Positions 36,651 through 50,243 of a stretch of DNA of 64,000 nt are shown one piece after another; the first letter of the stretch is position 1; every line of letters begins with the position of its first letter. The stretch spans positions 103,664,001-103,728,000 of the forward strand of contig OZ024744.1 in the NCBI GenBank assembly GCA_964016885.1. The letters run 5' to 3'. A program made the position numbers and the translations under genes. The notes beneath the pieces were generated by a model. That model was not told the DNA's origin. It saw only the letters and a program-made list of their open reading frames with translations, and did no database searches. The DNA comes from Eledone cirrhosa. Lineage: Eukaryota.

Positions 36651-38591
36651 GTTATCTAAACGTTTCCTAAGTTTTTTATGACCAATCTGTGACAATGGTT
36701 TCATTTTTTAACCCGATATCTTACTTTCTTGCCTTTTTCCTTCCCTTTTCTTTCTTTTCTTCTTTTGTTTCAGTCTCACCAGATTCCCATTGCTATAAAA
36801 AGTTCAATATCTTCTAATTGTCACATAAAATTCTATGTGTACATGTTATGGCTTAATGACTATAAGTTATTGCTTTATCTTGTCTTTTACTCCATGGACA
36901 ATGCTTTGGCTTGTGTCAGATGGTGTGAACCTAGGTGATCCAACGGTAGGGGTCAAATGTGCCAGAAGTTCATCTCGATGGCTGAAGACCTTGGAGTTCT
37001 GTATCTTTTTTAAGGTTTCCTCTTCAAAACCTTTTTTTTTTATTTTGCCTTATTTTCATTCATTGTCTTCTTTGTTAATTTTCCTCATGACTATTTATGG
37101 TAAAATCCTTCTTTTAAAAACGTCTTGTTTTTCTGGGTTCATTTCAAAAGTATGTTTTTACATTGAAGTATGAAAAAATATATTAGCTACAGTTAGCAGT
37201 GGAGACTTCTGGTGTCCTTGACCCTAGGACCACCTCCCTACTCAGCACCATCAGCACAGAGTTGGCTACCTGGAATGGCTCTTCCAGCGCATCTCTCTCA
37301 CCATTCTCCAGGGAAATGCCTTCTCTATTCTGTCTGCCAGGGTCGCGGAGTGGCCAGCATGTGGACACCCATTTGTTATAATAGGGAGAGATGGAGTCAG
37401 TGACAATGGAAATTTGATTCTATTATGTTCAGTCCTTGTTAGGACTTTTTTTATTTCAGTGTGTACAACCCCTTTGCAGTATTAATTCTATTAGGATTAT
37501 TATTTATTAGTTTCGTATAAGCTGGTTTCTCGATGCTGTTTTCTTCTCTCGTAAAAACCCTTGTTTAAAACAGTAATTTCTTTGTCTAAAAACCGGTACA
37601 AACAATATTTTGTTTTGTTTGTCAGCCTTTTGCCCCAGTATCATCTTTATTTTTCTGTCTGCATAGTACTGTCTTTTCCAACACCCTATTATTTATTACA
37701 CACATATAAATATGTATACACACATACACTACACACACACATATATCAGCTTATTGGTGTATGGAAGGCCATTCAAACACAGAACCAAAATATCATTTAG
37801 TTGTATCAAAGACAACCTTGCAACTCCTATAATAAAAAGCACTCAATACACCCTGTAGAGAGCACAGAGTTTTCGAAAACAACCCATCTGAGAAGTCAAT
37901 GATTCTGATTGAATACTTCTTTGGGTGGTGTTGACTCATAGAAATGTTTGCTAAGCTAAAACATTTAAAATGATATTTTGTATGTGCATACATACACATA
38001 TACATACCTACACATATACATTCATACACACACACGCATACATACATACTGACATACATACATACATATACACATACACACACACACACATGCACAGTGG
38101 TTGCATCTCGGTTTCAAGAATTGCCATCCCTTGACCTTTTTCTTATACATGGTCGGCAGAAACATGACCTTTTATCCCTTCAAAGACTTAAATTCCTTTC
38201 TACATATGCTGCAGTGACAGAAAAAAGGTAAATGTGAAATTTGTTTAGATAAAATGGTGCCTGTACTTGAAGCTTTTTTAAGTGAAGAAAGGCCTTGTAC
38301 TGGACCAATCCCTTTCTCTGAACAGTGAAGGGCATCCAAAAAGAATAACTGGTCAATATCATTGGCTTTCATTGAGTCACAGGTTTTACATCAGAGTTTT
38401 CCTTTTCCTAAGATATCCTAACAAGAACCAGGGTCTCTCGCTCGTGGCAGACTTTCTGCACGTTTCGACACCAAACCAAGTATACATTCATATATACATT
38501 CATTCTTACATACATATATATACATAAACACACATACACAGAGACATACTAATTATAGGCTTGCTATTTTCTATATTTTGTGGTTTTCTAG

Positions 38592-38645
38592 GTCAGTACT
38601 CAAAGTACAACATTGACACTGAGTTGTCCTCATTCGATACAGAAG
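38592..38645 (+). CDS. Host-gene micro-exon E4 (54 nt, phase 1-1): xQYSKYNIDTELSSFDTE
   Basis: ggttttctag acceptor; AAG|GTAAGT donor; 2+17x3+1 nt; downstream AAAGCCTTTC..ATTTTTAAC is shared with E1. Confidence 0.78.
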
Positions 38646-38709
38646 GTAAGTTGTATTTAAAGCCTTTCTAATTTTTAACAAACTCACCAAAATAGTATAT
38701 ATGTATATA

Positions 38710-39297
38710 TATGAAAGACGACAGCTGTATAAAAAAGTGCAGAGCGATCAAAATTGATGGAAGCTACAGAGTAGGCAGACCCAGAAAAACCTGGGACGAT
38801 CTGATAAATTCCGACCTTACACACTTGCACCTCTCTAAGACAATGTCACTGGACCGAGATCTTTATCGCTACACAGTAATACAGAAGACCCGCCTTGCCT
38901 AAGTACAAAGCGAAACCTACAGTCAGTGGGCACCTCTTAACCAAATATACACGCCATCCCACTACCCCTACCCCTAACCCTACCCCCATCAACACTACCC
39001 CTTTCTCTGTAAAGTTATGTTGGTACCACAACATCCAGTCCAAAATAAATGAGGTCATGTAGGTGTCACAACAAAAAAATACACAGTCCACGCTGTAATG
39101 TGGTCGTGTAGGTAACATGGTAAAAACCTCCCAGTCCACACTGTAAACGTGGTTGGTGTTAGGAAGGGCATCCAGCCTTAGAAAACCTGCCAGACAGTCC
39201 TATATGAGCGAGACAACCAATCTTGCCTCAAGTGGGACAATTCCCGTCTAAACCCATGCTAACATGGAAGATAGACGTTAAACTATGATGATGATGA
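38710..39297 (+). mobile_element. RTE LINE 3' end
   Basis: GRPRKTWDDLI; near-identical to 15551-16035; (TGA)n tail. Confidence 0.85.
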
Positions 39298-40140
39298 TAT
39301 ATATATATTATATTCACACACATATATACACACACACACATATATACACACACATATACACATGCATCATAAGAATATACACCATATACTGCATAAACAT
39401 AAAACATTTCATATATATATCACATACAATATTTGGTATGTAAAATATTACTGAAGATGGAGTACTGTTAATGTGAGTGTGAGTGTTTGTACTGTTAATG
39501 TGTTGGTATTGTGTATGTGTATTGGTAGTGTTTGAGTGTTGGTATTAATGTGTGTGTTGCAATTGTGTGTATGTGTATTGTTAGTGCATTTGAGTATGTG
39601 TTGGTAATGTGTTTGAGTGTATGTCTGTGTTTCTAAGACACAACATAGAAAAATAAACCAACAGAGAAAAATAAAATAATTGTCATTAATATATGGGACA
39701 TCTCTATGAATAAGACAGCTAGAAGTGTCTAGATCAGATAAGTATATAAACATAGTTTAACTTATGCCAAAGTCTCCAAACTAACTAACATCTCTCAGGA
39801 AGGAGCGTTCCTACTCCAACCACCTCATTATTGCTATCCACCCAGAAGAAATTCTACTATTGTCTCTTGCCTGTGATGAACCTAGCCAAAGCAGCCCTGT
39901 GCCTCACTTCTTGCACACGGCACACATCTAGTCATCTCCTCTTTAATACCTCTACAATCTCACTACACTTATCAGAACAATGAAGAAATATATTAGTTTA
40001 GTTCTTCATATAGTAGGAAAAGAGTGTCAATGTTTCAGAAACTAGACCTTCACCTGAAGATAGGATGAAAAAAAAAGATGAAATAGGAAGATAGAGAGTG
40101 AGAAAAAATAGAATACATGTGTATTTAGTCATATATATAT

Positions 40141-40800
40141 ACTATCTGAATTACCTGCACCTTGCTGTGTTTCACACATTTTTTTTGTAAGAAAATGATG
40201 ATTCATTTTAAATCAGTGATATAATTTATGGAGAAAAACTCTGCATTTCAATATTACTCAATGTAAAATGTAATTCATGAAAAATTGGAAAACATTATTT
40301 TTTGTAATATATCAAATCAAAATTACGTTATTAAATCTTATTCTTATTTTGTTTCTTGTAAATAATTTTTTTCAAAATATCAATTCAAAACTTTTGTGAA
40401 TAGGCTGCATATCTTGTCATTTACCTATGGTTTAAATTTCATATTAATCGAAGTGAAAAAATTTTCAGCAGGGGTTCATGCCTCCGGGGAACCCTAACAA
40501 GGGGCTTAATCCCCGTTAGGGTGTCTTAATATTATTAAAATTTGCTGAAAATTTGTGAATAGGCATCATATCTTGTCATTTACCTATGGTTTAAATTTCA
40601 TATAAATCGAAGGGAAAAAGTTTTCAGCAGGGTTTGTGCCCCTGGGGAACCCTTTGATTAAAATGAAATATACTTTAACAAGTACCCTAGGCAATGTAGT
40701 TTCAGAATATATATGGTTATGGGGGTCTATCTCCAAAACCATAGAAGTAGTTTGTGAACAAACAAACAAACAGACAGGAATGCAACTTTATATATATATA
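40141..40800 (-). mobile_element. Non-autonomous Helitron-like element with internal ~90-bp duplication
   Basis: ACAAACAAACAGAC...TTTATATATATA end; 40392-40474 is repeated at 40552-40632. Confidence 0.4.
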
Positions 40801-41622
40801 CAGGGAAATGGCCATGTTCGATATGCAGAAAAGGAACTGGCATAAATTCTATAAAATGCACACAATGTAGGTCCTGGGTACACAAGAGATGTAGCGGGAT
40901 AGCAGGCAAACTAACAGGTAGGGAGAAATATGTATGCAGTAGATGTACAGGGAAATTAGACAGTAGAAGTCGCACTGATAGACACATTTTTCAAATGCGA
41001 GAGGGCGCTATAGAAGTGGTGGATAGCTTCCGGTACCTAGGAGATCAGATTAGCATGGGAGGAGGGTGTTCCGAGGCCATAGTATCTAGAATAAGGACGG
41101 GTTGGAAGAAGTTTAGGGAGCTGCTTCCTCTGTTGACGAAGAAGGGTTTCTCCCTGCGTACGAAAGGCCGGTTGTATGATGCCTGTGTGAGGAGCGCGAT
41201 GCTGCATGGTAGTGAGACATGGGCAGCTACCGCAGAAGATATGCGACGGCTGGAGAGAAATGAGGCAAGCATGCTCCGTTGGATGTGCAGTGTAAATGTG
41301 CGTGAACGACCCAGCATAAATGTGTTGAGAGAGAAACTGTGTCTGAGAGGGATAGAATGTAGTGTACGGGAGAGGAGACTGAGGTGGTATGGACATGTGA
41401 TGCGCATGGAGGATGACCGATGGGTGAAGAAGTGCCAGGAAATGCCAGTTGAAGGAAGACGTAGTAGAGGTAGACCACGAAAAACATGGGCGGAGGTGGT
41501 GAGAACAGACCTCAGATCATTGAAGCTCACGGTGGAGATGACGAGGGACCGTGACGAGTGGAGAGATGCTGTGCTGAATAAGACCCGTCCCACCCTTGCA
41601 AGCAGGGAAAAGCGGACGTAAA

Positions 41623-41652
<30 letters not shown>
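40801..41652 (+). mobile_element. Young 5'-truncated RTE LINE with an open frame 40803-41621, including a PHD-like finger
   Basis: GKWPCSICRKG...CTQC...HKRC...CSRC...FRYLG...HGSETW...RRLRWYGHV...GRPRKTW; (TGA)n tail. Confidence 0.9.
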
Positions 41653-41685
<33 letters not shown>

Positions 41686-41704
41686 TATATTGTTATACAT
41701 ATAT

Positions 41705-42407
41705 ATATTGTTATACTTTGGGAGGGTCATGTTGCCAATAAGAAACACACGTACCAGTTGCTTTCACTTCAATTTATTATTATAATAAATTTATAATAAA
41801 TTTATAAATTTATAGATTTCTGGTTGGTTGGTTGGTTCCACAACCAGATAGTTGTTTATATATTGTCATAGTGCTTTCGTCACACACTCTGTGACCTCTT
41901 CAGTGACTGGGGATTCCTTTCTTTGTTTCTGTGCCTCTCCTTTGTTCTGTCCTACGCCATTTTGTTTCTGTGTGTGTTGTGTGCTCAGTCTGCGCATGCG
42001 CCACATCCGGGTGTCTGTGTGTGTTTATGTTCATTTATTTATTTGTTTATTTACATGTTACATGTAAACATGTAACATGTAAATAAACAAATAAATAAAT
42101 GAACATAAACACACACAGACACCCGGATGTGGCGCATGCGCAGACTGAGCACACAACACACACACAGAAACAAAATGGCGTAGGAGAGGCACAGAAACAA
42201 AGAAAGGAATCCCCAATCACTGAAGAGGTCACAGAGTGTGTGACGAAAGGACTATGACTATATATAAACAACTATCTGGTTGTGGAACCAACCAACCAAC
42301 CAGAAATTTATAAATTTATAAATTTATTATAATAATAAATTGAAGTGAAAGCAACTGGTGCGTGTGTTTCTTATTGGCAACATGACCCTCCCAAAGTATA
42401 ACAATAT
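41705..42407. repeat. ~700-bp fold-back palindrome with a 2-nt loop
   Basis: 41705-42065 is the reverse complement of 42068-42407 with a few substitutions and small indels. Confidence 0.95.
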
Positions 42408-42463
42408 CGGTTTCAACACACGATTTCAGATAAAGAATCTTGCTAAACAAATTCAGAAACGAA

Positions 42464-42511
<48 letters not shown>

Positions 42512-42697
42512 GTATGTAATAATAATAATATTATTTATACTTATATATGAGTTATAAATAATATATAAATATAAAAGGTAGTATTAAGCACTACCCAATT
42601 ACCAGTAAGAGAAAAAGCTCAATGTATATTATCAGATGTATTACAGAGCAGAGATACAAAATATAAAACAGTCAAATGTTTGCTTAATACATTTAAT

Positions 42698-42744
42698 TGC
42701 TGACGAACGTTTCTTCCAGACAACAGTCTGGAATCATCGGAGCA
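42698..42744 (-). ncRNA. Type I hammerhead with U4C core change (probably inactive)
   Basis: Minus strand reads TGCT-CCGATGA-TTCCAGAC-tgtt-GTCTGGAA-GAA-ACG-tt-CGT-C-AGCA; all three stems pair. Confidence 0.7.
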
Positions 42745-42815
42745 TACACAATGTTTAAACAAGTAATTATAATCCTAGTCTTCGGAACATTCATAAAGAT
42801 ACATTACTATTGACA

Positions 42816-43558
42816 GTGTTGCATTTTATAAAAAATACAGACATCGCACCGTGTCATCCCAGTGGCGTGAATAGGATTATCGACAGCTAAAAATAGCAGC
42901 CGAGTCTATTCAACTGAATTATCTCTACAATCAAGGGGCCATATATATATCCAAAATTAAATTAAGGTTGTCATGTCTGAGAGACATGCGCCATATTCAC
43001 TGCAGAATAAGCTCAAAGATTCCAATGAATAGATCCGAGCATTTTATATCAACTAGAAATAGATTGACACTCATATATATAAAATAAACACATGAAACAA
43101 TCTCAGGGAATAATTTGTAAAGTTTGTAAGCACACATAGCTAGGTAGGTAACTAATTAAAGTTTAACTAGAACTTCAAATATAGATACCTTTTAAAATGA
43201 TTAATCATCGCGGTGCGATATCTGTATTTTTTATAAAATGCAACACGTGGTTCGAGTCATTCACAGATTTACATTTGCTGTGTAAACACAGATGGTTGGC
43301 TCTTCTCCTTTGGTGACCATCCAGGATTTGACTGCTGTGATTTACTGATTAATTGGTGAAATATATTTTTTTATTTAAAGAAATATATACAAAGGAGATA
43401 AATCATTTTAAAAGGTATCTATATTTGAAGTTCTAGTTAAACTGTAATTGGTTACCTACCTAGCTATGTGTGCTTACACACTTTACAAATTATTCCCTGA
43501 GATTGTTTCATGTGTTTATTTTATATATATATGTGTCAATCTATTTCTAGTTGATATA
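42816..43558. repeat. Two interlocked inverted repeats
   Basis: 43045-43202 pairs with 43401-43558; 42816-42851 pairs with 43211-43246. Confidence 0.85.
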
Positions 43559-43569
43559 TATATACATAC

Positions 43570-45830
43570 ATCATCATCATCATATATAGTTGAGTCAGGT
43601 CCACCCTTATTATTCCATTCCACATCTTCCTCGGTCTTCCTCTCTGGGTGCCTCATGTAACTTTTAATGCCCTACACCACTTTAAGCATCTGTCATCCTT
43701 CAGGCGCATCATGTGACCATATCACCGCAGTCTTCTCTCTTGCACACATCATTTGATCACTTTTATACTTAGTTCCACTCTTAACACTTTGCTGTTCACG
43801 TACACTTCTGTAACACATCCATCTGACCATGCCTTGTTTCTTTCCAGCCTCCATAAATCCTCGGCACACAGAGCCTCTATTTTGCTACCATGTAGCATTG
43901 CTGAGTGCATGCAGGCATCATACAGCTTTCCTTTTATGTTGAGTGAGATACCCTTTGTAGTTAACAGCTTTCTGCACAGCCACCCCCACAGCTGATTTGG
44001 TCCCCCAGATAGCAGAAGCTATCAACTATTTCTATGGGGTCTTCTATGCATTTGAAGAGGAATGCTATCAGGGTTTTTGTATACCATTCCTGTGCAGGCA
44101 TCACTTATGAAGTCCGTGTTTTTTTACCAGCCTGCCTGTGGTCCCACTACATCTCTTGTGTATCCACTGTCTGTGTTTGGTGTACTGGATAGATTTTCTG
44201 TCTATCCCTTTCCTGCATATCGAGCAGGGCCATTTCCCAGAGGGTATCAGAGCTCTGTTTCATCTACTGTTCATAAAGATGTTGGTCTTGGACAGGTTGA
44301 CTTTGAGGCCTTTTGTTTCCAAGTTGTGTCTCCATGTCTGAAATTTTTTCTCTAACTCTGTCATAGACTCGGCTATGAGGGTAAGGTCGTCTGTGTATAG
44401 TAATTCCCACAGGCAGCCAATCTTAAATTCCTCTGTTATAAACTCTATGATAATAATGAAGAGGAGGGGTGTAAGGATGGAACTCTGCTGGTGGCCCCTT
44501 TGTGGCTTGTACTGCTCTTATGAGCCACTCATCTACGCCTTGTTTTTTGAGGGTCCACCATATTACAGGTCAAGGGACTCTGTCAAAAGCTAGGTAGAGT
44601 AGTTTGCTTTTAGCCAGATACTTCTCCTGCATTTGTCTCACAAGGAAGCATTGGTGGTGCCTTTACCCGGCACAAATCCAAACTGCATTTCATCTAGGTC
44701 TATACAATCTCTTATCAGTTGTGCTATGACTCTTTCTGTAACATTCATGGCCTGGTCAGTCAGCTTTATACCTCTGTAGTTACTTCTCTCTGGGGCATCT
44801 CCTTTATCCTTGAAGCAATTGACAATGATGCTGCTATTCCAATCACTGAGAATGACACCATTCTGTATTACTTTGTTTACAAAGAGGGTTGTTATGTTGT
44901 GCCCAACCATCCCAGATGCTTTCAACATCTCAGCAACTACTACTGATGGCCTGGCTGCTTTCCATGCCTTCATCTTTCTAATTGTCTACTTACTAGGTTG
45001 CTGTTTATGTATACAGCTGGGCCTTCTGTAAGGTGTGTTCGAGGCGGGCTGTTTACCTCCCACACGTTTTCCTCATTCATCAACCTCATTTCCAGGCAGC
45101 TGTCTTTTCGGCATTGATGAGGGCAAGTGAGCCATTGTTGTTTCAAAGGCATTTCTTCCCAACTAACGTCTTTACCTTCCTGGACACATTGCCTTGCGAC
45201 CTTGAACACTGTGCTTTTGGTCCTCACATACTAGTATATGTTTAAACTTTTCATTTTCTGCTTTTCTTTTTGCCAAGTATACTTGCCTTCTGGCCTCTCT
45301 CCTGGCTTCAACGTAAGGATGTCTGCTACCTCCATTTTTCCATTTTTTCCATATTTGTCTTTTGGTTTTAATTGCCTTGTTCACCTTGTTATTCCACCAC
45401 CAGGTGGTTCTACTGCCCCTCCCTGGAGCTTAGATCCACCCGCAGATCTCATTTGTTGCTTTTAGTAGATTGTCTGTCAGGGACATCCACTGCTTCTCTA
45501 TATTGTATGCCTCTATTTCTTCTTCCTTGCTATCAAAGGCATCAAGTAGGAGTCTCCTGAATTTGTAATGAGCTGGAGGGCCCTTCACTTTCCATATCCT
45601 TCTCCACCAGGGTGTTTTCTGCTTCCTATACTCCATTGTTCTGATTCTAAAGGTGCTGACTACCATATTACGTTGGAAGGTGCATTCCTCACCTGGGACA
45701 CTTTTTGTGTTTGTCACTGTTGCTCTGTTTTATCTTCGGGTGAGGTTATAGTTGATTTGACTGGTGTTCTTCCCTGAGCTATTAGATGGTTAGTTGATTT
45801 ATTCTTAATTATGTGTTGCATCACGATCAA
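43570..45830 (-). mobile_element. Degenerate RTE LINE
   Basis: NYRGIKL, QFGFVPGKGTT; same family as 3355-6150. Confidence 0.8.
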
Positions 45831-46439
45831 TAATTTCTTTCAATTTTTTTCAATTGACACGCTCTGCCATTAGGGTGCTACAAGTCATTGAAGCAGGTCA
45901 TGGAAAGAATTCCATCTAAATAAGTTTATTACTTCCAAACAGATCTAAATTTTCTCAAGTAGGTCTGATTGACCAAAATCAGCACCAGAGATTTCACTTT
46001 AATTACCACTTCAATCCAAGTAGGTTAAATGTCTACAGCATCAATGTAAACATTACATACACCCTTCTGTTTTATAATTATTACTTCAAGGTAAATATAC
46101 TGAATTTTCTGAAATCTGTAATAAAAGAAATTTAGATTAAATTAATTTCTTAATCATATGCTTTTCAAAAACAAACTTGAATTTACTCTAAAATTTCATA
46201 GAATCTCCCTCAAAGGCACTAAAATTCAATGTAAATAAGCGCTACACCTTTCATTTGCTAAATTGTAATAAACCCAAAATTTCTTAGAATCGCTCTTTTA
46301 ACTCCAAGATTTCACTTATATATTATATAGCTGAGAAAGCAGATGTTAAATGATGATGATGATAATGATATTATATACATATATTATATATATATATAGA
46401 CAGAGAAAATATAATATAGGCAGAGAAAATATAATATAG

Positions 46440-47692
46440 ACAGAAAACTATAGAGGCATTACATTGGATGACCAGTTCATGAAGGTCACAGAAAGAGTTA
46501 TCGCACAGCTGATTACGGACCGAGTTAACCTTGATGAAATGCAGAAGTACCTATTTAAAAGTAAACCCCTCTACTTAGCTTTTGTTGACATGGAGAAAAC
46601 CTATGACAGAGTCTTCCATTCTATTATCTGGTGGGCTCTTAGAAAACTAGGAGTAGATGAGTGGCTTTTTAAAGCTATACAAGAAGAACAGTCAGCAAAG
46701 TTAAAATTAACAATGACTATAGTGAAGAATTTAGTGCAGAGGTAGGTGTTCATCAGGGTTCTGTCCTTAACCCTCTCCTGTTTATTATCGCCCTACAGGC
46801 TATAACAGAAGAGTCTAAGACCCATGGGAAATCCTGTATGCATATGATCTAACTCTCATAACTGAATCTATGGCAGAATTAGAGAAGAAATTCCAAACCT
46901 GGAAGCATGGCCTAGAATCAAAAGGTCTTTAAGTTAACTTGTCAAAGACTAAAGTTCTAGTATGTATAAAGGAAAATAGGGCCCAGATTCCCCCTGGGAA
47001 ATGGCCTTGTTCAGTGTGCAGGAAAGGAGTAGGTAGAAATTCCATTTTATGTCCCAAATGCAAGCTATGCGTACATAAAAGATGTAGTGGTATCACAGGT
47101 AAGCTATCAAAGAACATAGGTTTATATGCAGCCGATGCTCAGGTGCAGTAAGTAGCAAGTGCTCACAGGATCCTAGCTCTTTCAAATGCCCAGACAGTTC
47201 TATAGAAATGGTTTACACTTTCCATTACCTGGGTAATTGTATGATACATGTATATGAACAGCAATGTTACCTTCAGATTTATGCCTGTGATTATTGGGGC
47301 ACTGGGGTATGTTAGTAACTGCCTCAATACAAATCTTGAGAAGCTAGACTTCACAGAACCAGAAAGAACACAACTAGTTAGGAAATTACAAGTACAATCC
47401 ATTAATGGAACAGTAAAAATATGTAAAACATTCCAGAAATTCTACATTTAATAACAGCATATACACATGTACAGATACAAAGCATATGCACATGCACATA
47501 TATAACTCAAAACATACACATGCACACATACAATAACATCCATACCTGCACACACATGTATACATGCAGACATACATATCTACCTAGTTGATGTCTAAAT
47601 TCCAATGAGAGAGTCTTGTATCTATGTTAGAAACCGAATCTCTCTCTCTCTATTGGTAAAAATTTATAAAATCATAAAACCAGAAGAACATA
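46440..47692 (+). mobile_element. RTE RT fragment joined to an R4-like LINE 3' end (from ~47270)
   Basis: AFVDMEKTYD, WPCSVCRKG; then FRFMPVIIGALGYV and a 3' UTR ending AGAAGAACATACATAC. Confidence 0.75.
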
Positions 47693-47840
47693 CATACATA
47701 CATTCATACATACATTCACACACTCAGATATATGTATATATATATATATATATACTATGTCACATTGATATCTTTCTAAGATTGCTTCTATTTTCTTTGA
47801 TATAATTTAATCTCATTCCATTCTCCCTTGGAAACAGCAG

Positions 47841-47861
47841 AAAAGGAAGATAGATTAGATG
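47841..47861 (+). CDS. Host-gene micro-exon E5 (21 nt, or 24 nt from 47838; phase 1-1): (A)EKEDRLD
   Basis: ttctcccttggaaacagcag NAGNAG acceptor; G|GTAAGT donor; flanks homologous to E6 and E7. Confidence 0.7.
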
Positions 47862-48144
47862 GTAAGTTATGATTAAAACATACTTTGAAATTCTGTTTTG
47901 TGTGTAAACATGTATTTTCTGTTGGATTTGTTTGTATGTATGTATAGATGGAACATGTATATATACATATATATATGTGTGTATTTCCGCTTTTAAAATA
48001 GGTTCACCAAATGTTGTAAGAGGTAACTAAAAGAAGGACATCTGCCAGTAAAACCTTGTTTCAAAAAGTCCTGTCTAACTCATTCCAGCATGGAAAGGTT
48101 GGTGTAAAAGATGGTGATGATGATGGTATATATATATATATATA

Positions 48145-48770
48145 CTTTCCCTGCTAGCAAGGGTTGGATAGGATCATATAGACCTTTGTATGACAGGATC
48201 ATACGATCCTTTATCATCTCAATTTTGAGCTTAGCTTCTTAAGGCCACTCTTCACTACCTTGTCCAAAGTTTTCCAGGGTCTGCTTTTCTTTGGTTACCA
48301 GCCACAAGGATTGCTCTGCATTTCTTTATGCAGCTGCTATCCTCCATATGCATCACATGTCCATACCAGCACAGTCTCCTCTCGTGCACATTACATCCAA
48401 TTCTTTTGAAGCCAAGTTTTCCTCTTAGTTCACTTATATTTTGTCATTAACATTACACATGCATTGGAGCTTACTGGATTCATTTCTCTCCACCCTTCAA
48501 AGGTCTTCTGCTGTTAAGACCCATGTTTCACTGTCATGAAGCATTACAGTTTGTACACTGGCATCATGCAGTTTACCCTTCACTCTGAGCAAGAAGCCCT
48601 TTGTTGTTAGCAGAGGTATCAGCTCTGTTAACATTTTCCAGCTTGTTCTGATCCTGACTGTCACACTTTCAGTGCATCCTCCCCTACTGCTAATAGGGTG
48701 TCATAGGTAACAAAAGCTGTCATCAAAATCTAAGGAGCCTCCCTATTAGCTGAAAGATGTGTTCTGAGTG
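48145..48770 (-). mobile_element. Degenerate RTE 3' fragment
   Basis: Reverse complement resembles the KGKL...SETW...WYGHV region. Confidence 0.65.
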
Positions 48771-48772
48771 CT

Positions 48773-49873
48773 TACTAGTTTCCCACTCAAGTAGAAAGTT
48801 ATTATTTTTGGAGACATAACTGGGTGTAGGAGGTTTATCCGGAATTCCTTTGAGGAATTTGTCCAAAGACTTTTTGAATTTTATGTGTTTTCGTATAATG
48901 TTAAAGAGAACGGAGCTATTTGAGGCGAAATAATTGTGCCATAATTTTGTTATGAGATATGAGTTTAATTTTTGTTGTGGGTGGATATCATGGGGTCAAA
49001 GCCTTAGGTGTACTCTAAAGATGATGCCAACATCATTTCGGCAATGCTGATGGAATATTTTTCACATCATGTAGATAATCTAGCTCTCACGGTAGTGTCG
49101 GAGGAAGTACAGTTTGAGCTTTTCTAATCGACCCCACACACAGACATACATTCACACAGACACATGCATAGCTTTCACCTCATTTTTTTGTCAATTGTCA
49201 CATATGTATATGTATGTGTAGATGTGTGTATTTAATCACGTACCTAATAAACATGCAAACACACACACACTCACAGACACATACACATTCATACACAAAA
49301 TGTGATGTCGTAGTCGTTGTGATGTTTACTATTGTTTTAATCCAAATAAAATTAAAAATTATCACAGATACACTCTCACATACATATACGAAGACAGACA
49401 CACACAGACATATATTCATGCACACCTATTACTTGTCAGTTATCACATATGTATATCTGTAGGTGTAGATATGTGTGTGTGTTTAATTGTCTGTGTGTGA
49501 AGATAATGTGTAAGCAACTTACTAAGGCTATATGAATGTGTAGATGTGTGTGTATGTTTAATTCTCTGAGGCCTAACATATGTAACAAACTCGCACACAC
49601 ACACGCACTCACAGACTCATATACAAAATATGACGTCGTCGGGGTGATATAAAATGTTGTTTACTATAGTTGACTATAGAAAGATTATTTTAGTTAAAAT
49701 GTTATATTGTTTTAATCCAAATAAAAATAAGAATTACATGTTGACACTCCCAGAGTCTAATAGTATTACCTTGTAAAATTTGATTTGATTTGGTCGAGCC
49801 ATTTGAGAATGCATAGGAAACAGACGGACAAACAGACACACAAAGAGACAAAGAATTTTATAGAGAGAGAGAT
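48773..49873 (-). mobile_element. Probable non-autonomous Helitron
   Basis: ACTAG at the left end; ACAGACGGACAAACAGAC...AGAGAT at the right end; internal imperfect duplication. Confidence 0.35.
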
Positions 49874-50243
49874 TATAGACAAGAGTAACTGTGTGCCAGA
49901 AAGAGAAATAAATTCTCCCTCACCTTACTACCCCACCTGGGTTCCCCGATTCTGTTTTCGGAGAAAAAGTTGATTGTGAGCATGTCGCAGGTCAGGTTAG
50001 TTAAAAACATACAAAGACCTTCATTATTACCAATTTTATTTTGTGTTATTACTGATGGTTTATATATTATATATACTAAACTATACTCCTATACATACAT
50101 GAATACATACATACTTACATACATACATACATACATACTTAAATATATATCTACATACATATTCCCTCAAACTAATATGTATGTAAGATTGCTTCCAATT
50201 TCTTTAATATGATTCTCATTCCATTATCCTTTGCAAATATCAG

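Noticed and set aside
36725-36830. Long polypyrimidine tract + CAG acceptor
   Set aside because: Stop codon in phase 1 before any good donor; probably the purine-rich strand of a decayed element.
40025-40060. Degenerate hammerhead-like strings (also ~1335 and ~42410)
   Set aside because: Core or stems too broken to support a call.
41852-42271. Mirror-image ORF pair
   Set aside because: A by-product of the palindrome, with no coding features.
45963-46019. Possible extra 57-nt phase-1 exon (tag|GTCTG...CCAA|gtaggt)
   Set aside because: In frame, but the splice sites are weaker, it shares no flanks with the other exons, and the region looks like a decayed minus-strand LINE. Worth one look in RNA-seq.
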